In this document: positions 27,893 through 36,822 of the stretch, piece after piece | Layout of the letters: the number at the start of each line of letters is the position of its first letter | How positions within the stretch are numbered: position 1 is the first letter of the stretch | Origin: an uncultured Lachnospiraceae bacterium | Lineage (GTDB): Bacteria; Bacillota; Clostridia; Lachnospirales; Lachnospiraceae | DNA length: 48,160 nucleotides | Direction: 5' to 3' | NCBI GenBank assembly: GCA_902780465.1 | Contig: CACZFV010000011.1 | Coordinates: forward strand, 1 to 48,160 | Made by a program: the position numbers and the translations under genes | Notes under the pieces: model-generated | What the model saw: the letters and a program-made list of their open reading frames with translations, nothing else | Told to the model about the DNA's origin: nothing | Databases searched by the model: none

Positions 27893-28759
27893 ATGGATCA
27901 CTTAAAAATTTACCGGGAAATGATCTCATACCGCGGTCTTACCGCACATACTGTTACGTCTTACACTACCTACATCTCGGCCTATCTCGATTTCCTCCAG
28001 TCTGTTCTCCGGAAAACTCCGGAACAGGCTGACTGGGATGACATGCGGTCTTTCCTGGTCTTTATCCAGGAATCCCGCCATCTCTCTGACCGGACCGTAA
28101 ACGCTGCCATTTCCCAGCTCAGGTTCTTTTGCATCTATGTCCTTCACAGACGCTGGGAGCCCGACCGGCTTCCTTTCAGAAAGTTTGATTCCTACCTTCC
28201 CTACGTTCCTTCACAGGAAGAAACCTTTGAGTTTATTTCCACCATCCCTGATATAAAACAGCGGGCCATGTGTGCCGTCATGTATTCCTCCGGTCTTCGC
28301 ATCGGAGAGCTTTGTTCCCTCAGGTATGAAGACATAGACAGGAAAAACAGACGGATCCATGTCTGCCGTTCGAAAAACCGCCAGGACAGATACGCCGCCC
28401 TCTCCGAATACGCCCTGGACCTCCTTACCCGCTACTGGTTTCAGTGCGGCAGACCCATGGGGTATCTCTTTCCGCAGCAGAGACATCCCGACAGACCCAT
28501 CGATACTTTTTATCTTTCACGGTGGATCTCAAAACACGAGGAGGAACTGGGCTGGCCGCACCGCATCACCTGTCACACTTTCCGCCACGCCCTGGGAACA
28601 CATCTCTATGAAAGCGGCATTGACCTTCTTACCATCAAGGCCCTTCTTGGACATAAGTCCCTGAATTCTACGACGATCTATGTCCACCTCGCCAAAAACC
28701 GTTTCTCTGCTGTTGTCCATCCCATTGACAGAATGGCCGGTGCTTTCCATGCCGGCTGA
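27893..28759 (+). CDS. Tyrosine recombinase/integrase (XerD- or IntI-like)
   Basis: N-terminal SAM-like domain; catalytic GLRIGE, HTFRH, LLGH and TTIY. Confidence 0.93.
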   Translation: MDHLKIYREMISYRGLTAHTVTSYTTYISAYLDFLQSVLRKTPEQADWDDMRSFLVFIQESRHLSDRTVNAAISQLRFFCIYVLHRRWEPDRLPFRKFDSYLPYVPSQEETFEFISTIPDIKQRAMCAVMYSSGLRIGELCSLRYEDIDRKNRRIHVCRSKNRQDRYAALSEYALDLLTRYWFQCGRPMGYLFPQQRHPDRPIDTFYLSRWISKHEEELGWPHRITCHTFRHALGTHLYESGIDLLTIKALLGHKSLNSTTIYVHLAKNRFSAVVHPIDRMAGAFHAG

Positions 28760-29903
28760 TGTACGGAAGGCCTTTGAGCTTTCCTACGGGGAGTTCTGCC
28801 GCCTCGGCGCTCCCCAGTCCTTCGTCCAGAGGAAGGCTGCCGCTGCGATCATGCGCTGTAAGACCGGTGCTCTCGGATGCAATGTCAGCATCTGTGATAA
28901 CTGCGGCAATACCGTCCTTCACAACAACTCCTGCAGGAACAGGAACTGCCCGAACTGCCAGGCTGTCAAAAAAGAACTCTGGGTGGACAGGAGAAGCGCG
29001 GAAGTGATCGACACACCATACTTTCATGTGGTCTTTACACTCCCGCATGACCTCAACTGCCTTCTCCTCTGCAACCAGAAGCTTCTCTACAGCCTCTTTC
29101 ACCGCTGCTGTGCTGAGACCCTCCTGGAGCTCTCCGCTGACCGCAAATATCTTGGCGCTGTCCCGGCGATCATCCAGGTCCTTCACACCTGGAACCAGGA
29201 ACTGGATTACCATGTACACATGCACTGCATCGTTTCCGGAGGAGGCCTCACTCCTGACCGCAGGATCCGGAGATCGAAGGCGGGTTTCTTTATCCCTGTC
29301 TTTGTCCTCAGGGATAAGTTTAAGGGTAAGTTCCTTTCACGCCTGAACGACCTGCACCGGGGCGGAAAACTCGACTTCTCTGACTGCTGCAGCAGACTTC
29401 AGAACTCTTATGAATGGCACTCCTTCCGGGACTCCCTTTATAGGAAGGACTGGTGCCCTTATATCAAGGAGACATTCAACGCCTTTGGCAATGCCATTGA
29501 GTACCTTGGACGCTATACGCACAGGATCGCCATTTCCAACAGCCGCATCCTGACTGTCTCGGAGACCCTTGTAACCTTCTCCGCAAGGGCAAAACACGCA
29601 GGTGAGCCAAGGCGCACGGTTACACTGAAAAGCACGGAGTTCATCCGTCGTTTTCTGATGCACGTGCTTCCCTCCGGTTTTCAGAAGATCCGTTACTACG
29701 GTCTCCTGAACAACCGCTTCAGGAAAAGAAACCTTTCGCTGATCTTCCGGCTGCAGGGGCATCAGAGATTCAAAGAGCGTTTCTCCGGCTTGAAGATGGC
29801 GGACCTCCTGAAGGAGATATGGAATACAGATATCTGCCTCTGCCCGGAGTGCGGGAAGCGTTCCCTGCATCCCGCCGGAAGGATATATGCCCGGGGCAGT
29901 TAA
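28749..29903 (+). CDS. IS91-family (Y2 HUH) transposase with Zn-binding domain
   Basis: SCRNRNCPNC, FHVVFTLP, LHTW...HVHMH (HUH), EYLGRY (Y2), KIRYYG and C-terminal CPEC; ATG overlaps the integrase end. Confidence 0.92.
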   Translation: MPADVRKAFELSYGEFCRLGAPQSFVQRKAAAAIMRCKTGALGCNVSICDNCGNTVLHNNSCRNRNCPNCQAVKKELWVDRRSAEVIDTPYFHVVFTLPHDLNCLLLCNQKLLYSLFHRCCAETLLELSADRKYLGAVPAIIQVLHTWNQELDYHVHMHCIVSGGGLTPDRRIRRSKAGFFIPVFVLRDKFKGKFLSRLNDLHRGGKLDFSDCCSRLQNSYEWHSFRDSLYRKDWCPYIKETFNAFGNAIEYLGRYTHRIAISNSRILTVSETLVTFSARAKHAGEPRRTVTLKSTEFIRRFLMHVLPSGFQKIRYYGLLNNRFRKRNLSLIFRLQGHQRFKERFSGLKMADLLKEIWNTDICLCPECGKRSLHPAGRIYARGS

Positions 29904-30293
29904 GCGCCTGAAATATATCCTCTTACAGTTTCATAATGTTTCCGGCCTGCCTTTTGGGGGAGGCTTCTTTGGTGTACTCTTTTTCCTGATCAACACTGAT
30001 CAGCACCCGGAAAACTCCGCCTGCCGCCTGCATCTTCAGCGTTCACCGCCCTGATTATCAGAGATCTGAAAAGATACTATCCCCATAGCGCTCTTTTCGC
30101 CACCCGCCCGCGACGTTGGTACAATCGGAAAGAATCACTTTCAGAGCAGCCTTCTGTTTTCCGAAGGCTGCTCTGTTTTTCTCTGAAAGTGATACTTTCC
30201 TTATGGATTATACCACGCCCGGGCGAATCGAACAAGCGTTCCCTGAATTCATCCCACCACCTGAAGAGGATGGGGGAATTCTTGCTGTTATAT

Positions 30294-30956
30294 GTTAAAG
30301 CCGATGAAGCCTGGGCGGGTTTCTCAAACACCACGATCATCACCTGGTACGGTCTCTTCGTCATCGGCGGCGCCTTTACGAAGACGTCCTTCACCAAGAA
30401 GATCCGTGATTTTGTCAACAGAAACGCAAAAGGCAGCTCCCTGCGCGTCACCCTGATCGTCCTGATTGCCTGCTCTGTGATCGGCATCATGACCAGCGCC
30501 GGTGGCACCATCGCCCTTTTAAGTCCGCTGCTTCTCGAGATCTGCAAGGATACCGGCATGGATCCCAAGAAGCTGTTCAAGCCCACTGCCGACGTCTGCA
30601 ACTGGGCCTCCGTCCAGATGCTTCCGGTCGGCGGCTCCATCGCCTACCTGATGTGGTTCAACTCCTATCTGGAGCAGGCGGATGAGGACGATCTCATCAT
30701 CCTGTTCAGCTATACCGGCATCTACTTCGACTATGAGTATCCGAACCGCCGGATCCCGCAGAACGTCAAACGCCCGAAGGTCTGGTTCATCACAGGCAAT
30801 ACCCAGGTGAAGAAATCGGAATACATCAATGAGGTCCTTTACTTCTCTTCCCGGCAGAACCAGCCCTCCCACCCCTACCAGCTCCAGGCGGTGGGGGATA
30901 TCATCGCCCAGAGCTACGCACACTATCTGGCAGGGAAGCAGAAACCGGGTGAATAA
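30294..30956 (+). pseudogene. Chimeric remnant: SLC13/CitMHS-type permease fragment fused to an RpiR/MurR SIS C-terminus
   Basis: AWAGFSN...LFVIGGAFTKT...PKKL (permease) switches at about 30680 to DDLIILFSYTG...WFITG...HPYQL (SIS); no proper start. Confidence 0.7.
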
Positions 30957-30995
30957 GACCGGAAGCCCCGCCCGGAGTAAGACCGATGCGTCCGC

Positions 30996-31772
30996 TCAGA
31001 CGCTCGTATATCCGCCGTCCACGGGAATCGCGGCGCCGGTGATGAAGCGCGCGTTCTCGCAGCAGAGGAAGGTGATGATGGAAGCGATCTCAAAGTCTTC
31101 GCCGATTCGGTGCATAGGGTGGATCTGACGGTACTTCTCTTTTTCGCTCTCCGGTACCAGCGGGGTATTGATGACACCGGGGCACACGCAGTTCACACGG
31201 ATGCCCTGACCCGCATAGGCGGAACCGGCCGCCTTCGTCAGATTCACGACGCCTCCCTTGGCAGCTGAGTAAGCCACGTTGCTCGGGACCGCCACCAGGC
31301 CGAACATGGAGGCCAGGTTGCAGATGGCGCCGCCCTTGCCCTGCTTTAAGAACTGCATGATGACGTACTTGTTGGCAAGCATGACGCCCGTGTAGTCCAC
31401 CGCGTTCACCTTCTCCCAGTTGGCGAGAGTCTCGTCCGCGATGGCATTGTTGGCGCCGCCGATGCCCGCGCTGCAGACCGCGATGTTCAGCTCTCCGAAC
31501 TCTTCGACCGCGAATTCCACCGCCCGCTTGATATCCTCTTCCTTGCTGACGTCGGTCTTGATGAACTTACAGCTCATGCTGTACTTGGCATCCAGTTCGT
31601 CCGCTACTCTCTGTCCTTCATCGCTGTAGTCCGCGATGACCACGTTCGCGTTGCTCCGCAGCATCCGGTCCGCGGTGGCTTTTCCAAGACCGCTGGCTCC
31701 TCCGGTGATCAGTGCAGTTGCTCCGTTCAGGTCAAAATACGCGCCGATGACTTTCTCAACTTCTCTCTCCAT
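30996..31772 (-). CDS. SDR-family NAD(P)-dependent oxidoreductase
   Basis: TGGASGLG, YSAAK, IRVNCVCPG and VDGGY motifs. Confidence 0.93.
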   Translation of the reverse strand: MEREVEKVIGAYFDLNGATALITGGASGLGKATADRMLRSNANVVIADYSDEGQRVADELDAKYSMSCKFIKTDVSKEEDIKRAVEFAVEEFGELNIAVCSAGIGGANNAIADETLANWEKVNAVDYTGVMLANKYVIMQFLKQGKGGAICNLASMFGLVAVPSNVAYSAAKGGVVNLTKAAGSAYAGQGIRVNCVCPGVINTPLVPESEKEKYRQIHPMHRIGEDFEIASIITFLCCENARFITGAAIPVDGGYTSV

Positions 31773-32009
31773 GATCTGTCCTCCCGTTTTTCTTAACTGA
31801 TCGTTCACCGCTGCCGCCGGATCTTTTTCCGGCCGGCTTTTTTATATGTGCACATCATAAGCGGTTTTAATCACAAGGCATAACTGGATTATTCTTAATA
31901 TATACAGGTAAAATCCTGTGTATATCTTTGGTTGCTTCTTTTGCTGTTTTGTCATACACTATATGGAAATGCGCTCTGGAGCAGTTTCCAGAGAGTCAGG
32001 AGAACAGGA

Positions 32010-32921
32010 ATGAAAATTGCAGCAACTTATGAGAATGGAAACATCTTCCAGCATTTCGGAAGAACAGAACAGTTTAAGATCTATGAAATCGAGGACGGTA
32101 AGGTCATCTCCAGCCAGGTGATCGGCAATGACGGTCTGGGACACGGTGCCCTGGCAGGTCTTCTTGCGGACCACGCCATTGACGTGCTGATCTGCGGCGG
32201 CCTGGGTGCCGGCGCGCAGAACGCTCTGGCAGAAGCAGGAGTGGAAGTCGTGGCGGGAGCCTCCGGCAGCGCTGACGAAGCAGTGGAATCCTATCTGAAG
32301 GGCGAGCTGATCTCCACCGGTGCGAACTGCGACCATCACCACGGAGAGGACCATGCCTGCGGAGACCACGGCTGCGGTCACCACGATGACGAAGAGGGCG
32401 GATGCTGCGGTCACGGCGGTGACGAAGGCGGCTGCGGCAGTGAGGAAGGCAGCTGCGGCGGCTGCTGCGGCGGAGGTCCCCGGCTTCTTTTCGAAGGTCC
32501 TAACGCCGGCAGGACTGTCCGGGTCCACTACGAAGGCACCCTGAACGACGGAAGCAAGTTTGACTCTTCCTACGACCGCGGCGAACCGCTCGAGTTCATC
32601 TGCGGTGCAGGCATGATGATCGAGGGCTTCGACAAGGCTGTTGTTGACATGGAGCCCGGCGAGGTGCGGAACATCCACCTTATGCCGGAGGAGGCCTACG
32701 GCCAGCCGGATCCCGCCGCCATCTTCACGCTCCGGTTTGAGCAGCTTCCCGGCTCCGAGGCGTTGGAGGTGGGTGAACATATCCACATCACCAACAGCTT
32801 CGGCGCTCCCTTCCCGGTCGTCGTGAAAGCAAAGGACGAAAGCACTATCACCTTCGACGCCAACCATGAGATGGCCGGCAAAGAGCTGAACTTCAAGGTC
32901 GAGCTGGTAGAAGTACTGTAA
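32010..32921 (+). CDS. NifB/NifX-like domain + His/Cys/Gly-rich linker + SlyD-type FKBP PPIase
   Basis: FQHFGRT...LICGGLG (NifX-like); CDHHHGEDHACG...GCCG linker; VHYEGTL...FDSS...MIEGFD...DANHEMAGKELNF (SlyD FKBP). Confidence 0.88.
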   Translation: MKIAATYENGNIFQHFGRTEQFKIYEIEDGKVISSQVIGNDGLGHGALAGLLADHAIDVLICGGLGAGAQNALAEAGVEVVAGASGSADEAVESYLKGELISTGANCDHHHGEDHACGDHGCGHHDDEEGGCCGHGGDEGGCGSEEGSCGGCCGGGPRLLFEGPNAGRTVRVHYEGTLNDGSKFDSSYDRGEPLEFICGAGMMIEGFDKAVVDMEPGEVRNIHLMPEEAYGQPDPAAIFTLRFEQLPGSEALEVGEHIHITNSFGAPFPVVVKAKDESTITFDANHEMAGKELNFKVELVEVL

Positions 32922-32963
32922 TTCCGAAATACTAAAGCAATTAATTTCAGAAAGAGAACTATT

Positions 32964-33464
32964 ATGCAAGAACAGAATAATACCAGCAAAATGACCCGCA
33001 TCGTCGCTCTGGGCGCGCTTATCGCCGCAGTCTACGCAGTTCTGACTTATATCACCGCGCCCATCAGCTTCGGTCCGATCCAGTTCAGAGTTTCCGAAGC
33101 CCTTTGCATCCTGCCCGTCTTTACCGTGGCAGGGATCCCGGGCGTGACGATCGGGTGCTTTCTTGCGAACTTCCTGTCCGGAGCCGTGCCCATGGACGTG
33201 GTCTTCGGCACACTGGCCACATTTATCGGAGCCATCGGCACCCGGGCATTAAGAAAAACAGGGCCGTTCGCAGCGATCCCGCCGATCCTTTCGAACGCCC
33301 TGATCATCCCCTTCGTGCTTCGCTATGCCTACGGCGTACCGGACCTGATCCCCTTTATGATGCTCACCGTCGGCCTGGGGGAGGTCATTTCCGTCGGCCT
33401 CCTCGGCAACCTTTTCCGCGTCGCCCTGATCCGTGCCGGTGCGGAGCGCTTCCTTTCGGATTGA
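32964..33464 (+). CDS. queT: QueT-family queuosine precursor transporter (ECF S component)
   Basis: AAVYAVLT...SFGPIQFRVSEAL and DVVFGTLAT motifs. Confidence 0.82.
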   Translation: MQEQNNTSKMTRIVALGALIAAVYAVLTYITAPISFGPIQFRVSEALCILPVFTVAGIPGVTIGCFLANFLSGAVPMDVVFGTLATFIGAIGTRALRKTGPFAAIPPILSNALIIPFVLRYAYGVPDLIPFMMLTVGLGEVISVGLLGNLFRVALIRAGAERFLSD

Positions 33465-33500
33465 TGCCGGTCAGCACTTACAACACATCCTATAATAGTC

Positions 33501-33528
33501 AAAGCCGCAGGTCTCCCTGCGGCTTTTT
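33501..33528. terminator. Bidirectional terminator between convergent genes
   Basis: AAAGCCGCAGG-TCTC-CCTGCGGCTTTTT. Confidence 0.75.
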
Positions 33529-33568
33529 CGTGTTTTAGTCTTATTTTGTTCCTGGCTCTTCCTGTTTC

Positions 33569-33853
33569 TCAGTCTTCCATCGCCCTGCGGAACACTTCCT
33601 CCACATGCATCCGGCACTCATCCTCTTTTTCGAAGAGATGGGATTCGTAGATCTTTTCCTTCCCGATGAACATGGAGGGATTCGCGTTATAGTCGTACAT
33701 GTCTGCGATCTCCGGCTGCTTCATCTCGTTGATCCGCTCGAACTCCACCGCGGCATACTCCGGATGCTCTTTTATAAGCTCCTCGATCACCCGGTCCGCC
33801 TGCTGGCAGTACGGACAGGTGGGAAGATGGAAATAGGTCACTTTCTTCGGCAT
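33569..33853 (-). CDS. Glutaredoxin/thioredoxin-like protein
   Basis: CPYC active site; 94 aa. Confidence 0.85.
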   Translation of the reverse strand: MPKKVTYFHLPTCPYCQQADRVIEELIKEHPEYAAVEFERINEMKQPEIADMYDYNANPSMFIGKEKIYESHLFEKEDECRMHVEEVFRRAMED

Positions 33854-33869
33854 AGATACCTCCTTCTGC

Positions 33870-34445
33870 TCACTCTTCCTTCAGGACAAGGCCGCCCTCC
33901 TGCTCTTCTTCCTCTTCTCCTCCCTCTTCGCCCGGCATGCTCCGCTTTCCGAACATGCTCATGGCGTTAGAGAGAAGGGATGTGAGCAGCTCGCTGGCAT
34001 CATCCCCGGTTCCCTTCAGAAGCTTCATCACCTCTTTTTTCGTGTCAGCGTCGGCCTTCCGGTACAGCTCCACCAGCTTCTTCTCCGCCGCCGTCAGCTG
34101 CATGGAGGATTTTGCTGCCCCGGTTTTTTTCGCGGTCGATGCTGTCTTCCCCGCCGCGGGCTTCTTCGCGGCGGTTTTTCCTGCGGCGGCAGTTTTCCCT
34201 GTCGACGCAGTCTTTCCTGCCGACGCGGCCGCTTTTCCTGCCGCCGCGTTCAGAAGCGAGGCCTGGGTGACACCCGTCGCCTTCGCGATCTGCTTCAGCG
34301 CCGCCTGGGTCAGTTCCTTCTCACCCCGCTCAGCCTTGCCGATATCCGCCGCGGTGACCCCCGTCACCTGCTCCGCCAGCTGCGCCTGGGTCAGCTTCGC
34401 CGCAGTGCGGGCCTCCTTGATCAGTTCCCCGACCTTCTTTGCCAT
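33870..34445 (-). CDS. XRE HTH protein with A/K/T-rich linker and acidic tail
   Basis: IKEARTAAKLTQAQLAE...ERG HTH; AGKTAS-type repeats. Confidence 0.8.
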   Translation of the reverse strand: MAKKVGELIKEARTAAKLTQAQLAEQVTGVTAADIGKAERGEKELTQAALKQIAKATGVTQASLLNAAAGKAAASAGKTASTGKTAAAGKTAAKKPAAGKTASTAKKTGAAKSSMQLTAAEKKLVELYRKADADTKKEVMKLLKGTGDDASELLTSLLSNAMSMFGKRSMPGEEGGEEEEEQEGGLVLKEE

Positions 34446-34504
34446 ACACAAGACCTCCCTTCTTTTCTATACATAACACATATCTATGCAGAACTAAGTG
34501 TGAT

Positions 34505-35290
34505 TCAGTTCTCCAGCACCTTCTCCCGGAACTCTGCGATCAGGCCCGCCGGAACCTTCAGCCCTTCCGCGAGAAACCCTTCCATTGAACCGTACTTTTC
34601 TTCAGCTGCTTCAAAGGTTCCCTTCAGGTAAGATTCCTTTACGATAAACGCGTTCCGCACCAGTTCCGCCGCCGCCTCTCCCCGGCCCGCCGCGATGAAC
34701 TGATCGTAATACTTGTTCCCTTTCGCTTCCGCAGTCTCATTGGAGATCAGATAGTCCCCGAGGATCGTCTCCCGGTCCGCCCCCAGGGCCGTCAGGAGAA
34801 ATGCCGCCGTCATACCGCACCGGTCCTTTCCCTCCGTGCAGTGCCAGAGCACGCTGCCCCGGCTGTAATCATGGGCCATGATGGTCCGCAGCGCCTTGCC
34901 ATACTGTGCCCTGCAGCCCGGGGCCAGGGTGATATTTCTGTACAGCTTCTCCATGTCCGGCAGGGGCTGTCCGTTGAACAGGACCTCCTGACTCCCGCCG
35001 TGGGAGATCCCCAGCATTTCTTCCTCAAACACCGGCACGGACAGATGCTCCGCCCCCGGAATATCCACATCCGGTCTTCTCCGCTGTCCGTTGGAAGTCC
35101 TGAGATCGACGATCAGCGAAAGATGCCACCGGCTGCAGAGTTCTTTTTTGTCAGCTTCCGTAGCCGCAAACAGATTTCCCGTCCTGAGCAGCAGCCCTTT
35201 CCGGATCCTTCTGCCGCCGGCAGCCGGAAGGCCTCCCAGCTCGCGGCAGTTGGATATTCCTTCAAATGTGATACGGCGTTCTGTATTCAT
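34505..35290 (-). CDS. Protein tyrosine/lipid phosphatase (PtpB-like)
   Basis: NCRELGG, VDLRT and HCTEGKDR P-loop. Confidence 0.9.
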   Translation of the reverse strand: MNTERRITFEGISNCRELGGLPAAGGRRIRKGLLLRTGNLFAATEADKKELCSRWHLSLIVDLRTSNGQRRRPDVDIPGAEHLSVPVFEEEMLGISHGGSQEVLFNGQPLPDMEKLYRNITLAPGCRAQYGKALRTIMAHDYSRGSVLWHCTEGKDRCGMTAAFLLTALGADRETILGDYLISNETAEAKGNKYYDQFIAAGRGEAAAELVRNAFIVKESYLKGTFEAAEEKYGSMEGFLAEGLKVPAGLIAEFREKVLEN

Positions 35291-35335
35291 GTACTTCTGT
35301 TTCTTTCTTAAGGATTCGTTGTATCTGTCCCTGAG

Positions 35336-35615
35336 CCGTCAGCATCATAATACAGCTGTCCAGCGAAACACTCGCCAGGCTTGAACTGCCGGTACAAAGC
35401 GCGTTCCCGCTCCGGAAACGCATGCCGCCCGCGGGTTCCTGCCCGTTTCCTTTTTCATCCTCCAGCCAGACAGAACCTTCCATTCGTTCCAGCCTCATTG
35501 TGGAGGCCAGATACCTCCCCGAAAACAAGATGATAAGAACCGCAGCGGCGGCGATCAGCAGACACGCCGCCGCTGCGGTCTTCAGCACACTGTGTTTCTT
35601 CTTTTCTTTGCCCAT
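35336..35615 (-). pseudogene. Truncated FecR-like membrane-anchored protein
   Basis: TM helix then MRLERMEGSV...LCTGSSSLASVSLD (FecR-like start); resemblance stops abruptly before the phosphatase gene. Confidence 0.5.
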
Positions 35616-35624
35616 GTGAATTGA

Positions 35625-36422
35625 TCAGAGCTCCAGTACTTCCCCTTCACGCGCGAAACCGGCATTCGGTTCCTCTGCCTTCAGAAGCTTTTCCCGGCGC
35701 TTAAGCTCTTCGTCTGTCGCGTCCGGGGCATGATGAACGATCCGCATCCGTTTCGCACCGCTTTTCCGGAACACCTGCAGTCCTGTTTCCGGGGTGGAGT
35801 GGCCGAACCCCCGGAACGACGGATACTCTTTTTCTGTGTACTGTCCGTCGTAAAGGAGAAGATCCGCGTCTCTGGAAAAAGCCACAAGCCGTTCCTCAGA
35901 CCCGCTGCTGTGTTCAAAATCAGTAGCCAGGACGACGCTTTTCCCGCCGGCATCGACGCGGTAATTGACCGCCCCTCCGGGGTGCTGCGACTCTGTCCAG
36001 GTGATCCGGAACGGCCCTGCCTCGATCTCGCCTTCCAGCTCATGGCATACGATCTTGATCCCGCTGTAATCCCTGAGCCCCACCGGCCACAGCGGCCTGG
36101 AGAACAGATGTCTCAGCTGGCGCTCCACCGTTTCCCCTTCCCTGGAACGTCCGTAGATATCCAGGCGCTTTCCACCGCAGAAATCCGAAAGGAAAAAGGG
36201 CATCCCCATGATGTGGTCCAGGTGCGTGTGTGTGATCAGAAGCAGGATCTGCTTTCCCGACACTGTGCCTTCGGGGATGTTCATGATTCCGGTGCCCGCG
36301 TCAAAGAACAGGACCTCGCCGTCTTCCTCGACCATATAAGAGGAGGTCGCGCCGCCGAACTCCCTCATTTTTTCGTTTGAAACTGCCATGGAACCTCTGG
36401 TTCCCAGAACTGTTACCCGCAT
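35625..36422 (-). CDS. MBL-fold metallo-hydrolase
   Basis: LGTRGS, DAGTG, THTHLDH, TDFEH, GHS and HH motifs. Confidence 0.9.
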   Translation of the reverse strand: MRVTVLGTRGSMAVSNEKMREFGGATSSYMVEEDGEVLFFDAGTGIMNIPEGTVSGKQILLLITHTHLDHIMGMPFFLSDFCGGKRLDIYGRSREGETVERQLRHLFSRPLWPVGLRDYSGIKIVCHELEGEIEAGPFRITWTESQHPGGAVNYRVDAGGKSVVLATDFEHSSGSEERLVAFSRDADLLLYDGQYTEKEYPSFRGFGHSTPETGLQVFRKSGAKRMRIVHHAPDATDEELKRREKLLKAEEPNAGFAREGEVLEL

Positions 36423-36428
36423 ACAGAT

Positions 36429-36800
36429 TTACCTTCTCTCCGGAATGACCTCCAGCCAGTACCCGTCAGGGTCCTGGATAAAATAGATACCCATGGAATG
36501 GTTCTCAAAGCAGATGCAGCCCATCTCTTCATGGAGCTTGTGAGCCGCTTCAAAATCATCGGTCTTAAAGGCAAGATGGAACTCCTCCTCGCCGATGTCG
36601 TACTTCTGCGGATGATCCCGGAGCCATGTCAGCTCCAGTTCAAAATCCGCGTTTTCATTGGAGATGTACACGATGATAAAGGATCCGTCTTCCGCGGTCT
36701 TTCTTCTGGCCTCTTTGAGGCCCAGCGCTTTTTCGTAAAACGCCAGCGACTTGTCGAGATCCACCACATTGTAGTTCTCATGCACCATTCTGAATTTCAT
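36429..36800 (-). CDS. gloA: Lactoylglutathione lyase (VOC family)
   Basis: H...SLAFYEKALG, LELTW, HLAF and DPDGYWLE motifs. Confidence 0.82.
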   Translation of the reverse strand: MKFRMVHENYNVVDLDKSLAFYEKALGLKEARRKTAEDGSFIIVYISNENADFELELTWLRDHPQKYDIGEEEFHLAFKTDDFEAAHKLHEEMGCICFENHSMGIYFIQDPDGYWLEVIPERR

Positions 36801-36822
36801 TCCGAAACCTCCTCTTTGCAGA

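Larger units (their letters stand above)
27788..30298 (+). mobile_element. Tyrosine recombinase + IS91-like transposase element (ends tentative)
   Basis: Two overlapping genes with more AT-rich codon usage than the flanks; TGTTAT(A)TGTTAA direct repeat at 27788-27799 and 30286-30298. Confidence 0.75.

Noticed and set aside
27702..30125. ATTGTACCAA(C)GTCGC inverted repeat as terminal IRs of the mobile element
   Set aside because: Each copy contains an extended -10 box (TGGTACAAT), and the left one plausibly drives the gene starting at 27613; IS91-like elements do not use terminal IRs. Not fully excluded
14750..30298. tRNA-Ser-anchored island linked to the integrase
   Set aside because: No duplicate of the tRNA 3' end was seen, and the intervening genes are host-like
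32010..32330. Nitrogen fixation
   Set aside because: NifX-like domains are widespread outside diazotrophs, and there are no nifHDK genes in the window
32922..32963. preQ1 riboswitch upstream of queT
   Set aside because: The 42-nt gap lacks a recognisable preQ1 stem and A-rich tail
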